Sequence record: NC_049850.1
Strand: one strand, 5' to 3'
Length of the DNA: 64,000 nt
The notes beneath the pieces are model-generated. The model searched no databases. It had not been told where the DNA came from and saw only the letters and a list, made by a program, of their open reading frames with translations. Position 1 is the stretch's first letter. Every line of letters begins with the position of its first letter. The translations under genes and the position numbers were made by a program. Of the stretch, positions 37,260-46,543 are shown one piece after another.

Positions 37260-38051
37260 TCAGGCGTCTACCTCGAAGTTATTGGGGTTGAACTGCGGTA
37301 CACGCATCAGTTGGCAAATGGCGGGAAGCACATTCGACACTTCTGCGTATCGAGCACGCGTCGAGAGCGTGGGAACGAATTCACCGCCCTGCTTGACGGC
37401 CACGTTCACGTGCACGTAGCCGTGCTCGTGCTCGAATTTCGGGTCCTGCCCCGGACGTGCGGGCAGCGTGCGGGAACGCTCGTTGAAATTGTCCAGCTTG
37501 AAGGTGATACGCAGACCCCCAAGCGTGAGTGCCGCAACCTCTTGATCCGATTCCGGTTTCTCGTTGAGCCCGATGACCGGAATCTTGGCCGGATCATGCC
37601 AGTACGTGACCTTGACCAGAGCCTTATTGCGTGCTTCCGCGTACTCGAAAGTCATGCGGTAGCCCCAGCGATCAAAGAAGTCGAGCAGCGCGTCGTGCAT
37701 GCGGTCGACCGATGCACGGGCCTTCGTGAACGCCGGGTCCTTCATCGAGACCTCGAACTCCATGTCGCGACTCCGGATCGTGCAGTCGCACGTATCGGCC
37801 TTCTTCTTCCACGTCGTTCCAACCTTTTCGAGGAACGGTTCGAGGATTTCAGTTCGGAACGAGAAGCCCACACCGCGAATGCCGTGAGGGTCCGTCACGA
37901 GCTTGATCGTGGGGAGGAAGTCCTCATGAAAGATAGTGAGCGGTATGCCGACCGCAGCCAGTACCTTGTACGATTCCGAATCTGCCGGAATCAACCACTG
38001 TTTGTTCTGGGCCAATCTGATTGTGATCGGCTCACCGTTCTCTACTGTCAC
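37260..38051 (-). CDS. hypothetical protein
   Basis: 263 aa. Confidence 0.8.
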   Translation of the reverse strand: MTVENGEPITIRLAQNKQWLIPADSESYKVLAAVGIPLTIFHEDFLPTIKLVTDPHGIRGVGFSFRTEILEPFLEKVGTTWKKKADTCDCTIRSRDMEFEVSMKDPAFTKARASVDRMHDALLDFFDRWGYRMTFEYAEARNKALVKVTYWHDPAKIPVIGLNEKPESDQEVAALTLGGLRITFKLDNFNERSRTLPARPGQDPKFEHEHGYVHVNVAVKQGGEFVPTLSTRARYAEVSNVLPAICQLMRVPQFNPNNFEVDA

Positions 38052-38359
38052 GCGGAAACCTCCTGTCGGGATTCTAGGGCAAAGTAAAAGCGCTCGCGGA
38101 ACGCTTCGTCCTCTTGAGCAACTAGGGCCAGAATTTTGGCCTCGGCCTGAGCGTCACGCGCATCGCGCGCAGCTAGTACCTGTCTCGCCATTCTATTCGC
38201 TTTACCAACGATTGTAAAGCGAATTTCACGTGCTGGACAATCTTCGTTGCCTTTGGAGAAGTGACAAGTCGAGTACGCTTTTGCCTCAGATGGGTCAAGA
38301 TGCTTGCATGTTTTGCACTTGCGCGAATACAGTTGAAGGTATTCCAGTCTCTGTTCCAT
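38048..38359 (-). CDS. hypothetical protein with Cys cluster
   Basis: CKTCKH...C...C; AAGG RBS. Confidence 0.7.
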   Translation of the reverse strand: MEQRLEYLQLYSRKCKTCKHLDPSEAKAYSTCHFSKGNEDCPAREIRFTIVGKANRMARQVLAARDARDAQAEAKILALVAQEDEAFRERFYFALESRQEVSA

Positions 38360-38447
38360 TTTGGTCCTTAAACGGAAAATGGGTGGAGGGAACTAAATCC
38401 CACCACCCGATCCTAGATCGGGTTACCCCGATCAGACGAACCGCCGA

Positions 38448-39275
38448 TTAGAACAGTTCTTCGTCTTCTTCGTCTTCGTCGTCTTCCGACTCGCCGTCGT
38501 CCTCGTCCTCGTCTTCTTCGTCGTCTTCGTCGTCGTCTTCGTCGTCACCATCTTCGGTGTCGTCGTCTTCGTCGTCTTCCGACTCGCCGTCGTCCTCGTC
38601 GTCCTCGTCTTCTTCCTCGACGACCTTCTTGCCCTTGGCCGGGGCCTTCTTGCCTTTCTTCGGGGCCGGTTCGTCGTCTTCTTCCTCGTCGTCCTCGTCG
38701 TCCTCGTCTTCTTCCTCGTCTTCGTCTTCATCGACGACCGGAGCAGCCTTGCCCTTGCCCTTGGCCGGGGCCGTGGCCTTCTTGCCCTTTGCAGGTGCCG
38801 GGGCCGCTTCTTCGTCGTCTTCGTCTTCTTCCTCGTCGTCACCTTCCGGTTCGACCGGGGCCGCTACCGGTGCCGGGGCCGCGAGGCCGCCAGCGACCGA
38901 CGACGATACGAATTCCGGACGCAGTGCGATCAGCGGGCCTGCTGCCGTCTTGTAGATCGTGACGCCGCGATCTTCGTTGTAGTCCATGCCTTCGACGTTG
39001 CCGACGAATTCCATGGTCTCGTAGAAAATCGTGGTGCCGAGGCATGCGATGACCGACGCACGCGGAATCACGAGACCGCCTTCAGCGTAGTACGCTGCGC
39101 TGTCCGGCTTCTTCGAGGCCACTGCCTTGTTCGTGACGCGAACGAAGACTTGACCCTGCGGTGCTGCTGCTTCGACTGCCAGCTTTTGGGCCTTTGCCTT
39201 CACTTCTGCGCCCTTTGCCTTCGTTGCTGCTGCCTTCGTGGTCTTTGCCGGTGCTGCCTTTGCTGCCTTTGCCAT
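38448..39275 (-). CDS. low-complexity protein: Ala/Lys N-terminus, folded core, alternating Asp/Glu and Lys blocks (nucleolin-like)
   Basis: PAKGKK repeats between D/E tracts; ends EELF. Confidence 0.85.
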   Translation of the reverse strand: MAKAAKAAPAKTTKAAATKAKGAEVKAKAQKLAVEAAAPQGQVFVRVTNKAVASKKPDSAAYYAEGGLVIPRASVIACLGTTIFYETMEFVGNVEGMDYNEDRGVTIYKTAAGPLIALRPEFVSSSVAGGLAAPAPVAAPVEPEGDDEEEDEDDEEAAPAPAKGKKATAPAKGKGKAAPVVDEDEDEEEDEDDEDDEEEDDEPAPKKGKKAPAKGKKVVEEEDEDDEDDGESEDDEDDDTEDGDDEDDDEDDEEDEDEDDGESEDDEDEEDEELF

Positions 39276-39474
39276 GCTCTGTTTCCTTTCGGGTTGAATT
39301 ATCGCGGCTTCACGTGATAGCCGCAATCTTGATACAACGTATTTACTACAACTTCCGAATCAGGGCTGGTGATACGACACTGATCAGCAGTGCCGCATCG
39401 CGAATCCCAATCTATCCTGCGGATTTAGCGGGGAGCGGACTCTACACTAAATCGGTGTTCCGTGTCAACGACTT

Positions 39475-40122
39475 TTATTCGTCGTCGGTGTCGACCGCAC
39501 GGCCACGGCGCAGCTTCGGGGGAGCCTGCACGTTCTTGAACGCTGCGGGCAGGAAGCGGGACGCACGCTTGAACATGCGGGTCACCGGATCGAATTTCGT
39601 GAGTTCGACCGATTTCACGAGGCCGGACTTCATCGTCACTTCTTGGAAGACCTGCGCAACGCGCGCCGTGATCGTGCCGTCTGCCGACTTCTTTGCGGCG
39701 CGAATCACGACCTTGAAGGTCTTGTCGGCCGGGAGGCGCATGCTGCCCTTGATGCCTTCGGCACGCTCGCTTGCCTTGCCCGGGAACTTCTTGTCGTTCG
39801 TAGGCTTGAACGTGACGGCCGAGAGTCGCGACTGAATGCCGATGACGGTCGGCATGTCGTACGACGCCATGTTGCGCTTCTTCTTGGCTTCCGCGTCCGG
39901 GTTGTAGCGGCCGATGTAGCGAGTTGCCACGATCTCGGAACCGAGCAGGCCGTCTGCTTCGGTCTTTACCACGACCTCCACGTAGTGGGGCGTGAAGTCT
40001 GCGGGGACGGGGAATGTGGGGAGCGGAGTGCGGGCCGGTCGAGTGCCGCCCGTGCCTTCAGCGACTTTCGTCGCACGCGTCGCCTGCGCTTTCGCCAGCG
40101 ACTTCTTCTTCGTTGTTGCCAT
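39475..40122 (-). CDS. basic hypothetical protein
   Basis: 215 aa, AAGGA RBS, K/R-rich. Confidence 0.8.
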   Translation of the reverse strand: MATTKKKSLAKAQATRATKVAEGTGGTRPARTPLPTFPVPADFTPHYVEVVVKTEADGLLGSEIVATRYIGRYNPDAEAKKKRNMASYDMPTVIGIQSRLSAVTFKPTNDKKFPGKASERAEGIKGSMRLPADKTFKVVIRAAKKSADGTITARVAQVFQEVTMKSGLVKSVELTKFDPVTRMFKRASRFLPAAFKNVQAPPKLRRGRAVDTDDE

Positions 40123-40804
40123 TGATCCTTCCTTTACGGATGTGGTTGAGTTCAGCTTGAAGCGTGACCACTAGTTCAGCAAGACGCCGAGACGCAAGGC
40201 TTTTCGCAACATCGCGTTTGCCTTGTTGAAGTAGTCGAGCGATAGCGAATTCCGGCGTAGCCTGCAATATCGAGGTCGATACCACAGGACGCTGAATTTC
40301 TTGCTCGGCCCATTCGATGCCGGGGCCCTGCATCCATGTCAAATCGTGCCCATGCTCCAGCATGAGCCGTGTTTCGAGCAGGAATGTGAGATCACGCAGC
40401 AGATACGCTGTCTTTACTAGCTGGAACAACTCTGCGTCCCCGCCGTGGTCCGGATGAACTAGGGTCCGGACTTTTCGATACGCATCTGCAACCAGTTCCG
40501 TCTCTGCGTTGTACAGTTGTTCGGTGCCGAAACTGATGTACCCGGCTGCGGTTACGGGTTCGTGCGCCTCACGCACGGGCATACCGCGAGTCGCAAGCCT
40601 GATTTCGCGTCGGAGCCGCACGACAGTATCGTGACGCTCGTCTTCTTCATACAGGCTATTTACGGCGCGGAGAACAGAGGCGTGGAGGCGGTAGTAACGC
40701 TCGCGCGCAACCTTGATCTGTGCGCGCAGCGCGTGGAATCGAGCAATAGCAGCTATGTCGATTTTGTTCGGGATCGCGAGCGCGGTCCCCGTGGATTTTT
40801 CCAT
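40058..40804 (-). CDS. J-domain (DnaJ-like) protein
   Basis: AYRKVRTLVHPDHGGDAELFQLVKTAY with HPD motif. Confidence 0.8.
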   Translation of the reverse strand: MEKSTGTALAIPNKIDIAAIARFHALRAQIKVARERYYRLHASVLRAVNSLYEEDERHDTVVRLRREIRLATRGMPVREAHEPVTAAGYISFGTEQLYNAETELVADAYRKVRTLVHPDHGGDAELFQLVKTAYLLRDLTFLLETRLMLEHGHDLTWMQGPGIEWAEQEIQRPVVSTSILQATPEFAIARLLQQGKRDVAKSLASRRLAELVVTLQAELNHIRKGRINGNNEEEVAGESAGDACDESR

Positions 40805-40838
40805 AGTCGATCCTAAAACTGCTATTTACTCGAAGCTG

Positions 40839-41117
40839 TTACTGTGGCTCTTGCTTGACCGAGGCACCCGGCATGTTGCTCGCGATCCAGTTCTGGGCCT
40901 CGATTGCGTTGTTGAACGTGCGGATCGCATGGCGGCTCTTCACGACTTCACCGAACTCGTTCTGCGATTCGGCTTTCTTGTCGGTGTCGAGCAAAGGAAT
41001 CCATTCCTTCTGGCCCGGATTGCGGATCATGACGATCCAGTGCGGTGCGCTGTACTGGACAGCAGCTTCGATCACGTTGGCGGGGCGGCCACCAAAAATT
41101 CGGGAGATCAGGGACAT
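40839..41117 (-). CDS. hypothetical protein
   Basis: 92 aa, AGGAGG RBS. Confidence 0.75.
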   Translation of the reverse strand: MSLISRIFGGRPANVIEAAVQYSAPHWIVMIRNPGQKEWIPLLDTDKKAESQNEFGEVVKSRHAIRTFNNAIEAQNWIASNMPGASVKQEPQ

Positions 41118-41129
41118 GAAAATCCTCCT

Positions 41130-41384
41130 TCAGATGTAAAGTTCGTTGTCTGCGGGCTTGCCAGCATAAACCAGATCGGTTTTGATGTCAAGCAACTTTA
41201 TCAGGTCGACGTTCAAGTGGTCGGCAAGCGTAGCCACAACGTCGACGAGGCGGTCGAATCGCTTTTCGAGGTTCGGGTGTCGGTACTGATAGTCAACGGC
41301 ATCCAGATGCGTGTGCAGAACCTGTGTCGAGGACGTGAAAACCTCCAAGCCATCATCGTGCACATGCTTGTACGTATAGCTCAT
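41130..41384 (-). CDS. hypothetical protein
   Basis: 84 aa, AAGGAGG RBS. Confidence 0.75.
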   Translation of the reverse strand: MSYTYKHVHDDGLEVFTSSTQVLHTHLDAVDYQYRHPNLEKRFDRLVDVVATLADHLNVDLIKLLDIKTDLVYAGKPADNELYI

Positions 41385-41393
41385 GCTTCCTCC

Positions 41394-41717
41394 TTAACGC
41401 TTGACTTGGAAAACAACGTCCTCAGCATCCGAGACCGCGCGCTCGCGTTCCCGACGCCAAAATTCCGATTGCAGCGGTTGATGTTCGTCATCGACCTCGA
41501 CGTTTTGGGGTTCGGCGCGGGTTCTGACCACAGCTTGCACGCCACCGCCAGCAAGAAACGCTGCCAGATTCGTGAGAAGGATCATGAGAACGAGAACCAC
41601 CATCGAAAGCTGGCGTTGGGCCATAGTGCCTTCGAGGGATGCCATGTTCCAGACCTGCACACCGACCGTCAGGATAGCGCCGATTACGTACGCCACCTTA
41701 AAGCGTTTCCAGTTCAT
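41394..41717 (-). CDS. membrane protein
   Basis: Two TM helices; AGGAG RBS. Confidence 0.7.
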   Translation of the reverse strand: MNWKRFKVAYVIGAILTVGVQVWNMASLEGTMAQRQLSMVVLVLMILLTNLAAFLAGGGVQAVVRTRAEPQNVEVDDEHQPLQSEFWRRERERAVSDAEDVVFQVKR

Positions 41718-42265
41718 TAGAACTCCTGCTCGCGTGCCAGCGGCAACACTTTCCAGTCTTCGCTGTCGTTGAGGTTGACAGTGCCGCACATACTGTAGTT
41801 CTCGTGGTTGATCGGGGTACACACTTCACCGAACTCGCGCTTGAACACCGGGCGGTATTCCAGCGGCCGACGGCCTTCGCTCGGGCCTTCCGTGTACACA
41901 AGGCTCTCGCCTTTGTACAGGAAGAAAAACTGGCCGTTGATCTCGACACCGAGTTCAGCGCTGCTGTTGACCACCCACTTTACGTCTTCGGCAGTGAGGC
42001 GGCCGGGCGACAGGCGCGGCCGCAGTGCATCGACGACAGCGTTCACGACCTCGAAGCAGGCTTCACGGCCCAACTGGATGCGCGCGCTCGTCGCGAGTTC
42101 AGGGAACGGGAGTTTCATGCCGTTGACGATGTGAGCCAACTCTTCGATTTCAGCCTCGGACAGGGTTTGACTGGGCGGCACGTCCAGATCGTCCAGCGCA
42201 ACCGCAACTTGCTCCAGTTGATCGCGTGCGGCGTTGATGATGGAGCGCGCTTCGTAGAGGTCCAT
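41717..42265 (-). CDS. hypothetical protein
   Basis: 182 aa, AAGGAG RBS. Confidence 0.75.
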   Translation of the reverse strand: MDLYEARSIINAARDQLEQVAVALDDLDVPPSQTLSEAEIEELAHIVNGMKLPFPELATSARIQLGREACFEVVNAVVDALRPRLSPGRLTAEDVKWVVNSSAELGVEINGQFFFLYKGESLVYTEGPSEGRRPLEYRPVFKREFGEVCTPINHENYSMCGTVNLNDSEDWKVLPLAREQEF

Positions 42266-42295
42266 ATGTTTCTCCTTGAATTTGTCAGTCCGAGT

Positions 42296-42324
42296 ATTCT
42301 GCCGGATGCTTACTGCACTGTCAA
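42296..42324 (-). promoter_or_regulatory. sigma70-like promoter with a nested GCAGTAA motif
   Basis: TTGACA-N17-CAGAAT. Confidence 0.55.
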
Positions 42325-42548
42325 CCGTTTTGTTCGCTTTTCTCGCGAAGTTCTTCAACGCGTGCTTTACGCTTGGCCTGCACCTGATCTGCGTAGTGTT
42401 GCAGGTCTGCGTGCGACTGGAGAAGGCGCGTCAGCGCCGCAGCCAGCTTTTGTTCGCCCGAGGTACACGTGCAGTTCGAAAGTTCGACGGCCACGGCGTT
42501 CAGGAACGACAGATCGTCGTTTTTCAGTACGGGGTACGGGTATTGCAT
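42321..42548 (-). CDS. hypothetical protein
   Basis: 75 aa, AAGGAG RBS. Confidence 0.7.
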   Translation of the reverse strand: MQYPYPVLKNDDLSFLNAVAVELSNCTCTSGEQKLAAALTRLLQSHADLQHYADQVQAKRKARVEELREKSEQNG

Positions 42549-42559
42549 GTTTCTCTCCT

Positions 42560-43108
42560 TTACGCGGGAAGGGTCCAGTCGTCGTTCATCATGCTCGCGA
42601 TAAGCGGAAGACATCCGGTGTCCCGGCGCGAGCACGCGTTTTCCGCACCGCAGCCGTGATGGCACTTGCCACCGTCTTCGCAGTAACCGGCTTCGCGCAA
42701 CGAGCCCTGCACGTTTGCGATGTATTGCTGCACCTTATCCGAAATTCCGGTGTAGCGCAGGGACTTCAGTTGGCGGACCATACGGTACGCAGCGTCCGTG
42801 AGTTCGGTGCGATTCTCCAGAGGTTCCGACAGATACTGGCAGGTCGGGTCCTCGATGATACGCGTCGTGATCTCGATCTCGTTTTCGAGTTCTGCAACAC
42901 GGCGGCTGCTGAACGTGATGCGCCCGAACTTCCACGCTTGGTACATGGCTTCGACCACGCGATTCGTGAACGTCTCGCACTCGCTCTGTACGAATGCGAT
43001 GTCGGGATGGGTCACGAGTTCGGGGATTGCGTCGATCAGGGCGTGCAGGACTGCGGCATCGTCTTCGATTTCTTGACGGAACTCTTCGCGGGTGTTCAGT
43101 TTCGTCAT
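42560..43108 (-). CDS. hypothetical protein with a C-terminal Cys/His cluster
   Basis: CEDGGKCHHGC...C...C. Confidence 0.75.
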   Translation of the reverse strand: MTKLNTREEFRQEIEDDAAVLHALIDAIPELVTHPDIAFVQSECETFTNRVVEAMYQAWKFGRITFSSRRVAELENEIEITTRIIEDPTCQYLSEPLENRTELTDAAYRMVRQLKSLRYTGISDKVQQYIANVQGSLREAGYCEDGGKCHHGCGAENACSRRDTGCLPLIASMMNDDWTLPA

Positions 43109-43497
43109 TGTGCGGCCCGGAACGATTCGAGAAGGATGCCGAACTCGCGGACGCGGCGACGCGCATCTTCCGCAAACTCATCGTCCATGCGACGACGTGC
43201 GACCGGCGTATCGAAAGCGCCAGTGAACGCGGCGAACATGTCGTGCCACGTGGTGAGCAGATCGTCGAGCGTGATCGGTGCGACATCGAGGATACCGGCC
43301 TCCGCCTTAGCCTTGATCCACTCGGAGTTCAGGTACTCACGGCCGGGCCCGTAGGTGTCACCGTCACGGAGTGACAGCATGTAGCCATCGGGGCTCTTTT
43401 TGTCAAGGTACGCTTCCATATGCGCGACGTACCGCGCCTCGAACTGTGCGCGCACCTCGTTGTAGCGCTCCTGATCACTAGCCTTCAAATTCAGCAT
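43105..43497 (-). CDS. hypothetical protein
   Basis: 130 aa, GGAGG RBS. Confidence 0.7.
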   Translation of the reverse strand: MLNLKASDQERYNEVRAQFEARYVAHMEAYLDKKSPDGYMLSLRDGDTYGPGREYLNSEWIKAKAEAGILDVAPITLDDLLTTWHDMFAAFTGAFDTPVARRRMDDEFAEDARRRVREFGILLESFRAAQ

Positions 43498-43696
43498 CTT
43501 CAACTTCCTCCACTTCGTCAGTTTTGCGGAACCACGGGAGCGCGAACGCGAGAAGCACGAGCGCGGCCCATGCGTATGGGGTGTACCACGGCCAGACCTC
43601 CGATTCAGTGTAGGCAAAAACGCCCGAGATCGAAAGCAGTCCGAGAAGCATAACCAAGATTTGCATTTCAGTCAAGACTTTCGTCATTTCGTGCAT
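43478..43696 (-). CDS. small membrane protein (start uncertain)
   Basis: Two hydrophobic helices. Confidence 0.6.
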   Translation of the reverse strand: MHEMTKVLTEMQILVMLLGLLSISGVFAYTESEVWPWYTPYAWAALVLLAFALPWFRKTDEVEEVEDAEFEG

Positions 43697-44015
43697 AGCG
43701 CACAACAACCTTCGTGCGTTTGAGAACCGGGACACGGCGTCGGGCCGCCCGGATCATGTCTCGCATGGCCGGGATATCGAGGTCATTCACGTCCTCCGGG
43801 TCAGCCTCGTAATCGAACTCGACGACCTTCACATAGCCCTCGGCGCTGTCGAAATGCGAGGTCTCGCCACCGAGTTCGGCTTCGAGCCGACGTGCGAAGA
43901 TCGCGGATTGGGCCTCCAGTTCGGCCAGTTCCTGACGCATGTCCCGGATTTTGCGCTGGACCTTGTGAAGTTGATCCCCGAGTTCCTGAGCCCTCCTGCT
44001 GGTTGCGTGATTCAT
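43668..44015 (-). CDS. hypothetical protein
   Basis: 115 aa, GGAGG RBS. Confidence 0.75.
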   Translation of the reverse strand: MNHATSRRAQELGDQLHKVQRKIRDMRQELAELEAQSAIFARRLEAELGGETSHFDSAEGYVKVVEFDYEADPEDVNDLDIPAMRDMIRAARRRVPVLKRTKVVVRYARNDESLD

Positions 44016-44049
44016 TTACTACCTCCGTTCCTAAAGTTCGTGTGCACGC

Positions 44050-44079
44050 ACTATAACACGCGTGCGCGAAAGAACGCAA
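44050..44079 (-). promoter_or_regulatory. sigma70-like promoter
   Basis: TTGCGT-N18-TATAGT. Confidence 0.55.
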
Positions 44080-44089
44080 GCACAAAATG

Positions 44090-44122
44090 AAAAACCCCGG
44101 AACCTTTCGGGTCCGGGGTCTT
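44090..44122 (-). terminator. terminator
   Basis: ACCCCGGA...TCCGGGGT, then TTTTCATTTT on the minus strand. Confidence 0.75.
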
Positions 44123-44127
44123 GGCCA

Positions 44128-44484
44128 TCAGACGAGGATGTTCATCTGGTGGTAGTTGATGCGGTCACGCAGGCGCGCAATCTCGTTCATGGCGTTGACG
44201 AGCGCGACTTCGACCGGAGACGGGTCGAGGCTAATGCCGTACGGCACGGGGCTGGGCTCCGATCCGACGCAGTTCTGCAATTCGGAGAATTCCGACTGCG
44301 GGAGATACGGTTCGAGCGTGTTCCGGAGTGTCGAAAGCGCAGAGTGCGTGCTGTTGATCTCGATTTCGAGATTGGCAAGCAGGTTGCCAAGTCGCGTGCT
44401 CTCCGAACACCCTTTCAGGTCACTAGACGTTGCTTTTGCGGTCGACGGACCGGGGGCGCACTTAGCTGCTGTGATTTTGTTCAT
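44128..44484 (-). CDS. hypothetical protein
   Basis: 118 aa. Confidence 0.65.
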   Translation of the reverse strand: MNKITAAKCAPGPSTAKATSSDLKGCSESTRLGNLLANLEIEINSTHSALSTLRNTLEPYLPQSEFSELQNCVGSEPSPVPYGISLDPSPVEVALVNAMNEIARLRDRINYHQMNILV

Positions 44485-44488
44485 TTGC

Positions 44489-45007
44489 TTAGGTTTCCTG
44501 TTTGAGTCGTTCAAGAAGCGATATCGCTTCCTCAAGACTGTTGATGTAGTTGCTGATAGAGCAATCGTCGAATATGGCGCTGTAGAAGTCAGCGACCAGC
44601 GGATGCTGCTCCAACGCAATTACTCGGTACGAAAGTGCCCACACCTCTTCCGAGAACGTGGCATTAGCGTACATGCAGTCGATGACATGCGCAGGATTCT
44701 TCAGCACGAACAGCGATAGCCTGTCGAGTTCACGACGGAGATACCAGAGCGCCTTGTCGATATCCTGACCTGCCTTGCCCTTGTCACCACGCCGATACAC
44801 GTACTTGAACGCGTTACCGACGTTGAAGAGCATTAGCTCAGCAATGTCTACGCATTCTACGCCGCTCGGATGAGTGTTGTAGTGCTTCGGGTGATTGACA
44901 TGTTCGTAGTCCGGATGATGTACTGTCAACGGTACTGCCGTGTTAGGCGTCAGTACCATCGACTCCGGGACCGCGAACGGATGCCTCTGTGGAATTTCAA
45001 AATTCAT
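44489..45007 (-). CDS. DUF3310-domain protein
   Basis: VNHPKHY...ECVD...GNAFKYVYR...K...DIDKALWYL. Confidence 0.85.
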   Translation of the reverse strand: MNFEIPQRHPFAVPESMVLTPNTAVPLTVHHPDYEHVNHPKHYNTHPSGVECVDIAELMLFNVGNAFKYVYRRGDKGKAGQDIDKALWYLRRELDRLSLFVLKNPAHVIDCMYANATFSEEVWALSYRVIALEQHPLVADFYSAIFDDCSISNYINSLEEAISLLERLKQET

Positions 45008-45023
45008 CCGTCGTCCTCAGCTA

Positions 45024-45749
45024 TTACTTGCCCTTTGCCGCGTCCTTCTCGGCATAGCGAGCGATGCGCGCTTGAAGCTGCGCGCTCGTCTTCGGCTTGT
45101 CCTGAAGAATCTTGGCCAGATAGCGAACTTCGCGACGCGAGAACTTGGCGCGTGCCCGGATCGCGTTCAGAGCGCCGATATCGGTCTCGTTACGCAGGCG
45201 ATCCGCCCACATCGAGAAGCTGGCCTTCAGACCGTTCTCGTCGAGTTCCAGACCTGCTTGTGCTGCCTTTGCCACGTTGACCGTGCTGTAGCCGTCGTCT
45301 GCACCGAACACTTCCACGTCGTCGGTAAGGATCGTATTGTCCTCGCCTCGGATTTCGAGTGCCGATTGATTGATCGACTTCGGAGCGCCTTGATCCTTCA
45401 CGTGCTTGTCAGCGTTCAGGAGGCGACGCTCTTCTTCGACTGCGCCTTCTTGGTTCATCATGCGCGCGGCCGTAGCCTCGTCGATGAGCGTGATCAGGCC
45501 GTTGATGACTGCCGTGCGGAACTGCGTCGATTCGAGCACGCGCTTGCGGCCGAAGCGTGCAGCCGCATCCATCGGAAGCCACGTCTGGCGGATGACCAGC
45601 GGGTCCGACTTCGAACCGTTGGCCTGCGGAATGTCGAGCACGACGTTGCCGGTCAACTCGTATTTCGAGGACGCGGCGCTGTTCACGCACCAGACGGGAC
45701 CGATCGGTTGTGCGTCCAGATCGGACAGGGAAAGACGTTTGATACCCAT
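45024..45749 (-). CDS. hypothetical protein, paralog of 47966-48586
   Basis: Shared GP...N...NGS...P..I..TWLP.D. Confidence 0.8.
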   Translation of the reverse strand: MGIKRLSLSDLDAQPIGPVWCVNSAASSKYELTGNVVLDIPQANGSKSDPLVIRQTWLPMDAAARFGRKRVLESTQFRTAVINGLITLIDEATAARMMNQEGAVEEERRLLNADKHVKDQGAPKSINQSALEIRGEDNTILTDDVEVFGADDGYSTVNVAKAAQAGLELDENGLKASFSMWADRLRNETDIGALNAIRARAKFSRREVRYLAKILQDKPKTSAQLQARIARYAEKDAAKGK

Positions 45750-45845
45750 AAGTACTCCAAAATGTTTTGTTTGCGGGGCGGTCCGCTTGTGTGTTTCAGG
45801 TTTTGCTTATTTTGTGAGTAGCACTGATTATTTACTACACACGAT

Positions 45846-46115
45846 TTACTCGGTGATTTCCTTCTTGAGCCGTTCGGTAACCACACGAATCACGATAGGC
45901 TGAAGCTCTTCGGACACCGTAGGAAGTCCTACAAGCAGCGCGTAATCGTTCATCGTGAGTTCCGTGTCATCGGAAAACGACGGATCGTATGCGCACCGCC
46001 CAGTCTCCCGATGCTTCCACATGCAACCCGTGCCAGCGGGCAGCGGGCACACAGAGGTCACCAACTGCTTGTCAATCATCGCGCAGTAGGTTCCGATTTC
46101 TTGTTTCTCTTCCAT
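45846..46115 (-). CDS. hypothetical protein with Cys cluster
   Basis: 89 aa. Confidence 0.7.
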   Translation of the reverse strand: MEEKQEIGTYCAMIDKQLVTSVCPLPAGTGCMWKHRETGRCAYDPSFSDDTELTMNDYALLVGLPTVSEELQPIVIRVVTERLKKEITE

Positions 46116-46148
46116 GATTCGTTAGGATTTCTAAGTACCGAGCGTACG

Positions 46149-46170
46149 AAAAAGCCCGGTTTCCCGGGCC
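46149..46170 (-). terminator. terminator
   Basis: GCCCGG-tttc-CCGGGC, then TTTTT on the minus strand. Confidence 0.7.
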
Positions 46171-46173
46171 CGC

Positions 46174-46542
46174 TTAGAACAGGTAGTAGACGATGTTGGA
46201 CTCGTCTGCCACGCTAATGAAGTCTTCAAACCGCAGTTGCAGTGTGTCGGTCTTCATGTAGACCAGATTATTGACTGCAAGCCGCAATTCTCGATCCTCG
46301 ACCCACGCGTCGGGGTCGATGAGCATCAGCACACTGATCTCGCTCAGGCGGTCGATGATAGCGTACCAGTCGGCATCTGCAATACCAATGTGATCTGCAC
46401 CGAACTCTTTGACAAGTGCCTGCACCGAGGTGCAGAGAAAGAATCGGCGGTGCACCAGCGGCACAATGTAGGCCGTGATGCCGGGCTGAGGGACAGGGCG
46501 CGGGACCTCGGTGACGCGATATTCGATTTCGTTGTCAGCCAT
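46174..46542 (-). CDS. hypothetical protein
   Basis: 122 aa. Confidence 0.7.
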   Translation of the reverse strand: MADNEIEYRVTEVPRPVPQPGITAYIVPLVHRRFFLCTSVQALVKEFGADHIGIADADWYAIIDRLSEISVLMLIDPDAWVEDRELRLAVNNLVYMKTDTLQLRFEDFISVADESNIVYYLF

Positions 46543-46543
46543 G

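Noticed and set aside
38448-38860. TCGTC/TCTTC repeats as a CRISPR array or satellite
   Set aside because: In-frame Asp/Glu codon runs of a protein; no repeat-spacer structure, and no CRISPR array was seen anywhere in the window
1713-43354. Long antisense ORFs (e.g. 1713-2993, 12750-14123, 24733-26700, 30774-32120, 41804-43354)
   Set aside because: Shadow frames of GC-rich genes on the other strand; no RBS or motifs
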